The notes under the pieces were generated by a model. The model was not told the origin of the DNA. It did not search any database and saw only the letters and a program-made list of their open reading frames with translations. Shown here one piece after another: positions 60,123 to 64,000 of a stretch of DNA of 64,000 bases. The stretch spans positions 14,318 through 78,317 of the IMG/VR virus record IMGVR_UViG_3300011339_000564; one strand, 5' to 3'. The position numbers were made by a program, and so were the translations under genes. This DNA is from a virus. Lineage: Duplodnaviria > Heunggongvirae > Uroviricota > Caudoviricetes. Within the stretch, counting starts at the first letter, position 1. Each line of letters opens with the position of its first letter.

Positions 60123-60229
60123 TGTATATTACAAATAAATATCATTCAATTAAGTTGCCATATAGTGAAGATTTATTAGAATGGCTGATTGAAACATATC
60201 CTAAATCAGAATATAGAGTAGTAAAATGA
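60122..60229 (+). CDS. Very small ORF (35 aa), uncertain
   Basis: TAATG and ATGA overlaps link it to both neighbouring genes. Translation MYITNKYHSIKLPYSEDLLEWLIETYPKSEYRVVK. Confidence 0.3.
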   Translation: MYITNKYHSIKLPYSEDLLEWLIETYPKSEYRVVK

Positions 60230-60564
60230 ACGAAAATATTAAAGCAGGTGGAGACATTCACGCAGGTGATGGTGGTTACTCTATTGGCACCAAAGAAAAA
60301 TATGATGAATTTGTGAAGAATAGGAATCGTATGAACGACCGAATTCGACAACTTATAGAGCAAGCTACGGATACTATAGAAATTGTTAATCCAGATACTG
60401 GAATCACTCATTATCGTGAGTTTTTTGATAAGGAAAAATTTGCCGAGTTGATTGTGTGGGAATGTATGGAACAGGTTTGGTATAGTCGTGAAGATAGTAT
60501 CAACGGCAATGTTTCCGAAGTTATCAAAGACAGGATTAAGAAACATTTCGGAGTTGAAGAATGA
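60226..60564 (+). CDS. Member of the small 'FAELIVREC...HFGVEE' paralog family (N-terminally extended)
   Basis: ...MNDRIRQLIEQATD...KFAELIVWECMEQ...KKHFGVEE. Confidence 0.6.
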   Translation: MNENIKAGGDIHAGDGGYSIGTKEKYDEFVKNRNRMNDRIRQLIEQATDTIEIVNPDTGITHYREFFDKEKFAELIVWECMEQVWYSREDSINGNVSEVIKDRIKKHFGVEE

Positions 60565-60956
60565 ACTTAACAAAATACAGTAAAAACAAAATGTTGCAAA
60601 CATTTGCACGTTGGGAAGTTCCCAAAGAGTTTGTTGAACCTTTCTATAACTATCTAGTCTGGGGATTTAGGCCAGGTAGTTGTTTTGAAGCAATACTGGC
60701 TAATGATTTTGCCAAGGCAATCTCACGTAGTCATCCTAGTAATACTATAGAAGCGTACAAAGCCTTGGTAGGTTGGATTGACAGCACAGTACCGAAAGTA
60801 GCACGTGGCAGTCATAAACAGATTCTGCTTTGGTCTAGTATTGATGAAGAACAACGTAGAAGTATTTTAGAAGAACATCGCTTGATCTTCACCAGCAAGG
60901 AAGAAGTTATGTTGATTCTAAAAGATGAACGTATAGTTGAACCACACTTATATTAA
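60561..60956 (+). CDS. Hypothetical protein
   Basis: 131-aa ORF with ATGA overlap. Confidence 0.55.
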   Translation: MNLTKYSKNKMLQTFARWEVPKEFVEPFYNYLVWGFRPGSCFEAILANDFAKAISRSHPSNTIEAYKALVGWIDSTVPKVARGSHKQILLWSSIDEEQRRSILEEHRLIFTSKEEVMLILKDERIVEPHLY

Positions 60957-60996
60957 GGTAACATAATCACTAACTAAATATGCTACTAGGTGTAGT

Positions 60997-61230
60997 ATGT
61001 TCCACAAATTGTTTAAAGATGTAATTATAATAATATTATCAATATTAGCAATATACTTTTGGTTGGGAAATGAAACAGAATATTATGAATATGATAACTC
61101 CGATGATGTTACCATTGAATATAAATGTAGTGTAATTAAAGAATACCAACATGTTCCAGCCGAAGTTCTTAAGGAATGTAGGAAACGGAAAAACGTACCC
61201 GAAGATATTGACGATAAAACAGCAGTGTGA
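60997..61230 (+). CDS. Small membrane protein
   Basis: N-terminal TM segment VIIIILSILAIYFWLG. 77 aa. Confidence 0.5.
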   Translation: MFHKLFKDVIIIILSILAIYFWLGNETEYYEYDNSDDVTIEYKCSVIKEYQHVPAEVLKECRKRKNVPEDIDDKTAV

Positions 61231-61236
61231 TATAAT
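61208..61236 (+). promoter_or_regulatory. sigma70-type promoter TTGACG-17-TGaTATAAT
   Basis: TTGACG at 61208-61213 and TATAAT at 61231-61236. The upstream stop TGA (61228-61230) sits in the extended -10. Confidence 0.55.
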
Positions 61237-61265
61237 ATAACATATTATTAACTTAAGGAATTTTC

Positions 61266-62603
61266 ATGTCAGCATCGTGGATTCGTAAACTAAATGAATC
61301 AGACAGCCGCCTTCACAAGGAAGACGTAATCAAACAAGCATTAGAGGCAAGTGTCCTTGGTAGCACAAATGCTATTAATTTCCTCTCATTCACTAAAGCC
61401 TGTTATAACCCGTATGTAACATTTGGTGTTCGTCAAATACCAGAACTGGTAGGGATCACTAACGCAGAAAATCCCTGGGAAGAATTTAATGAGTTGATGT
61501 TACAACTTAGTCAACGTAGATTGACTGGTCATGCCGCACGTGATGCTATTCAAAGTATGGCTGAACGTTTTGATAGTGACGAATGGAATACATTCTTAGC
61601 ACCTGTATTGCGTAGAGACTTACGTGCAGGCATTAGCGACAAAACAATCAATAAAATTTGTAAGAAAACAGATTATGAAATTCCAATCTTTGGTTGTCAA
61701 TTAGCGACCAACAGTGAAGGTCGTCCTGAGATGAAAGGCATCAAACGTCTTGAACCTAAGTTAGACGGTGTTCGCATGTTGATGATGGTCATCCCAAGCG
61801 ATTTTGGTGATGTGACTATTATCTGTTTTAGTCGCAATGGCAAACAGTTTGATAACTTCATTGACATTGAAAAACAAGTGCGTGATAATTGGGTCAAGAT
61901 GGTTCGCAAGGCCGCAACGTCAAACTTGAGTATGGGATTTGTACTTGATGGTGAAGTGATTGGTAATAGTTTCCAAGAACTAATGCGACAAGCCCGCCGC
62001 AAGACTGATGTACGAGCAGAAGATAGTGTCTATAATGTGTTTGACATTTTACCTCTAGATGCTTTCCGTGAAGGTCATTGGAATGCTCAACTTGAAAAGC
62101 GCATCAAAATCTTAGATGACATGCGCCCGATCATTGATACTATGCCTAATGTCGAATTGCTTCCGCACATCATGGTTGACCTTGATACGGCCGCAGGTAA
62201 GGATCAACTTGAACGCTATGCCAAAGATAATGTGAACGCAGGGTTTGAGGGCATTATGATTAAAGAATTAGAAGCACCATATATCTGTAAGCGTAGTACA
62301 GATTGGATGAAATGGAAACCTACGATTACAGTAGACTTGGAGGTAGTAGGTGTTGAAGAAGGAACTGGTAGAAATTTGGGAAGACTTGGAGCACTTGTTT
62401 GTCATGGAGTTGACGACGGGAAAGAAATTACAGTCAATGTGGGTAGTGGCTTTAGTGATACTGATAGAGATGACTATTGGACTAACCGTAATTTGGTCAT
62501 TGGTCGTACTGCTGAAGTCCTGTGTGATGTGATTACACAGAACCAAGATGGAACATACAGTTTACGTTTTCCTCGATTTGTTAGATTTAGGGATGACAAA
62601 TGA
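61266..62603 (+). CDS. ATP-dependent DNA ligase
   Basis: Motif I LEPKLDGVRM (KxDG), motif IV FEGIMIK, motif V DWMKWKP, and an OB-domain C-terminus. Confidence 0.85.
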   Translation: MSASWIRKLNESDSRLHKEDVIKQALEASVLGSTNAINFLSFTKACYNPYVTFGVRQIPELVGITNAENPWEEFNELMLQLSQRRLTGHAARDAIQSMAERFDSDEWNTFLAPVLRRDLRAGISDKTINKICKKTDYEIPIFGCQLATNSEGRPEMKGIKRLEPKLDGVRMLMMVIPSDFGDVTIICFSRNGKQFDNFIDIEKQVRDNWVKMVRKAATSNLSMGFVLDGEVIGNSFQELMRQARRKTDVRAEDSVYNVFDILPLDAFREGHWNAQLEKRIKILDDMRPIIDTMPNVELLPHIMVDLDTAAGKDQLERYAKDNVNAGFEGIMIKELEAPYICKRSTDWMKWKPTITVDLEVVGVEEGTGRNLGRLGALVCHGVDDGKEITVNVGSGFSDTDRDDYWTNRNLVIGRTAEVLCDVITQNQDGTYSLRFPRFVRFRDDK

Positions 62604-62776
62604 TTAAAGTAGTATTTGCATTCATTGTTATTTTTGCACTATTCTTTTTGGGCATCAAAACTATCAGAAATATGTCCGGTAAAGATGCATTGGCATTGAC
62701 AAAAATAGTAGGTTATAGTATACTATGTTCACTACTGACGATTGCGATATTAATTTCAATCGTTGTTATTTTTTAA
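62600..62776 (+). CDS. Small two-TM membrane protein (58 aa)
   Basis: ATGA overlap with the ligase stop. Translation MIKVVFAFIVIFALFFLG...ILCSLLTIAILISIVVIF. Confidence 0.45.
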   Translation: MIKVVFAFIVIFALFFLGIKTIRNMSGKDALALTKIVGYSILCSLLTIAILISIVVIF

Positions 62777-62874
62777 GGACTATAATATGTTTCCTGACTT
62801 TCTTATTAGACCTTTGTATTTTATACTTGGGTTTGTTTTTTGTTTTTTTCTTTTTGTAAAAGGTATTATCTAAA

Positions 62875-63672
62875 ATGATTCGCTCTATTAAAATTGGTTT
62901 TGTTCTCACCGCAGTTGCACTGGTTAGTGCATGTACTCGCATTGAGACTGGTGAGGTTGGTGTACGTGTTGGTTTTGATAAACAAGTGCAAAGTGGTGAA
63001 CTCTTACCCGGCTCATTTAATCAAACCTTTATTGGTGACGTTCTTACATTTCCAATCAAAGACGTTAATGTTAAACTGGATGATATGACTCCAGTTGCTA
63101 AAGATAACAGCACCATGAAAGACTTTGATGCTGTGGTTATCTATAACATCAATCAAGCACAGGTTGCTGAATTGTACTCAACTAAGAGTCAAGCATTCCA
63201 CGCTCGGCATAACGGTGATATTTACTTGATGTACAACTATATTGTTCAAGCTACACGTAATGCTATCTACAAAGAAGCACGTAAGTATGAAGCACTGGAT
63301 ATGGCAGACAATCGCCAGGCTATGGAACAGGCAATTAAAGAACAAGTTCAAAAGTCACTAGCTGATGAAAAACTTGACGGTAGTTTAATTATTGGACAGG
63401 TATTGATTCGAAATATTGTACCTGCAGATTCAGTTGTTGCTAGTGCAAATGAGTTGGTTCGTGCTAAGAATGAATTGAAACAAAAAGAAGTTGAAGTTAA
63501 GACAGCAAAGATGGAAGCTGAACGTATGCAAGCATTGAGTAATCAAGGTGCTCAAAGTATTGCTTACATGCAAGCGCAGGCCATGATGAATATTTCTGAA
63601 GGTATTAAGAACGGCAAGGTGCAGACTATTGTTGTTCCAAGTAACTTCAATGCATTGATGATGAGCAGGTAA
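62875..63672 (+). CDS. SPFH/Band 7 (prohibitin/HflKC-like) lipoprotein
   Basis: Lipobox LVSAC, an SPFH-domain pattern, and a C-terminal coiled coil (KNELKQKEVEVKTAKMEAERMQA). Confidence 0.75.
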   Translation: MIRSIKIGFVLTAVALVSACTRIETGEVGVRVGFDKQVQSGELLPGSFNQTFIGDVLTFPIKDVNVKLDDMTPVAKDNSTMKDFDAVVIYNINQAQVAELYSTKSQAFHARHNGDIYLMYNYIVQATRNAIYKEARKYEALDMADNRQAMEQAIKEQVQKSLADEKLDGSLIIGQVLIRNIVPADSVVASANELVRAKNELKQKEVEVKTAKMEAERMQALSNQGAQSIAYMQAQAMMNISEGIKNGKVQTIVVPSNFNALMMSR

Positions 63673-63681
63673 TAAAAATAG

Positions 63682-63716
63682 GGGAGATTCTCTCCCTTAT
63701 TCCTTAATTTTTGAAA
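63682..63716 (+). terminator. Rho-independent terminator candidate
   Basis: GGGAGA-TTC-TCTCCC hairpin followed by a T-rich tract (TTATTCCTTAATTTTT). Confidence 0.55.
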
Positions 63717-63726
63717 GGACCATATT

Positions 63727-64000
63727 ATGGTAACAATCGTTAAACATGAATGGCATCAACATGATAGACAATATGCTATTGAACTTGATGAAGCACTATT
63801 GAGTGAGATTTATCCCGACAAGGAAGAAGATGAGATTAAAGTAATACTAGATGGTATTGCTGATGGCACATATGATTATGAAGATGTTATTAATGATGCC
63901 TATGAGAATGACGTAGAGATTGAATGGGAGTTTCAATATGATGATTGTTGGACTGACCGCAAAGGTGGTTACGATGTTACATACGAACTAGGTGATGAGG
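63727..64000 (+). CDS. Partial CDS (3' end outside window), acidic protein
   Basis: ATG at 63727, open to the window edge. VEIEWEFQYDDCWTD weakly recalls the acidic WEF paralogs at 31763 and 32575. Confidence 0.5.
   Translation, partial: MVTIVKHEWHQHDRQYAIELDEALLSEIYPDKEEDEIKVILDGIADGTYDYEDVINDAYENDVEIEWEFQYDDCWTDRKGGYDVTYELGDE

Overview
This AT-rich window is densely packed with genes, almost all on the + strand, and many are translationally coupled through ATGA or TAATG overlaps. It reads as part of a large lytic, T4-like phage genome infecting a Gram-negative host. A Bug/TctC-type periplasmic binding protein hints at a betaproteobacterial host. No rRNA, tRNA, CRISPR array, integrase or transposase was found.

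Recognisable genes fall into these groups:
- Replication and repair: family B DNA polymerase, a possible sliding clamp, FEN/RNase H, ATP-dependent DNA ligase, UvdE.
- Chaperones: a J-domain protein plus a ClpA-like unfoldase.
- 7-deazaguanine DNA modification: a TGT/DpdA-like transglycosylase, FolE, QueD and QueE, with no QueC in the window. These are interleaved with nucleotidyl-sugar and glycosyltransferase genes.
- An R67-type (DfrB) dihydrofolate reductase.
- Auxiliary genes: Dps, radical SAM enzyme, secreted nuclease, Fe/Mn SOD, BI-1/YccA, SPFH protein, Hc1-like histone.

The most unusual signals are:
- At least 8 proteins start with M-[RNH]-x-x-[EN]-[FIL]-x-x-E, which closely resembles the T4 capsid targeting sequence. 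Several carry enzyme domains, and most sit in a minus-strand operon at 41300-45644.
- A GC-rich 16-18-mer encoding QGVAEG recurs six times on both strands with its synonymous positions conserved.
- Two promoter classes appear to partition the genes. Consensus sigma70-type promoters are often leaderless and often have the upstream stop codon inside the -35 hexamer. A TGATAAATA motif resembling a T4 late promoter precedes the candidate virion-protein genes.
- A six-copy small paralog family whose conserved 3' end also supplies the ribosome-binding site of the next gene.

All functional calls rest on motifs read by eye from the translations. No database search was run.
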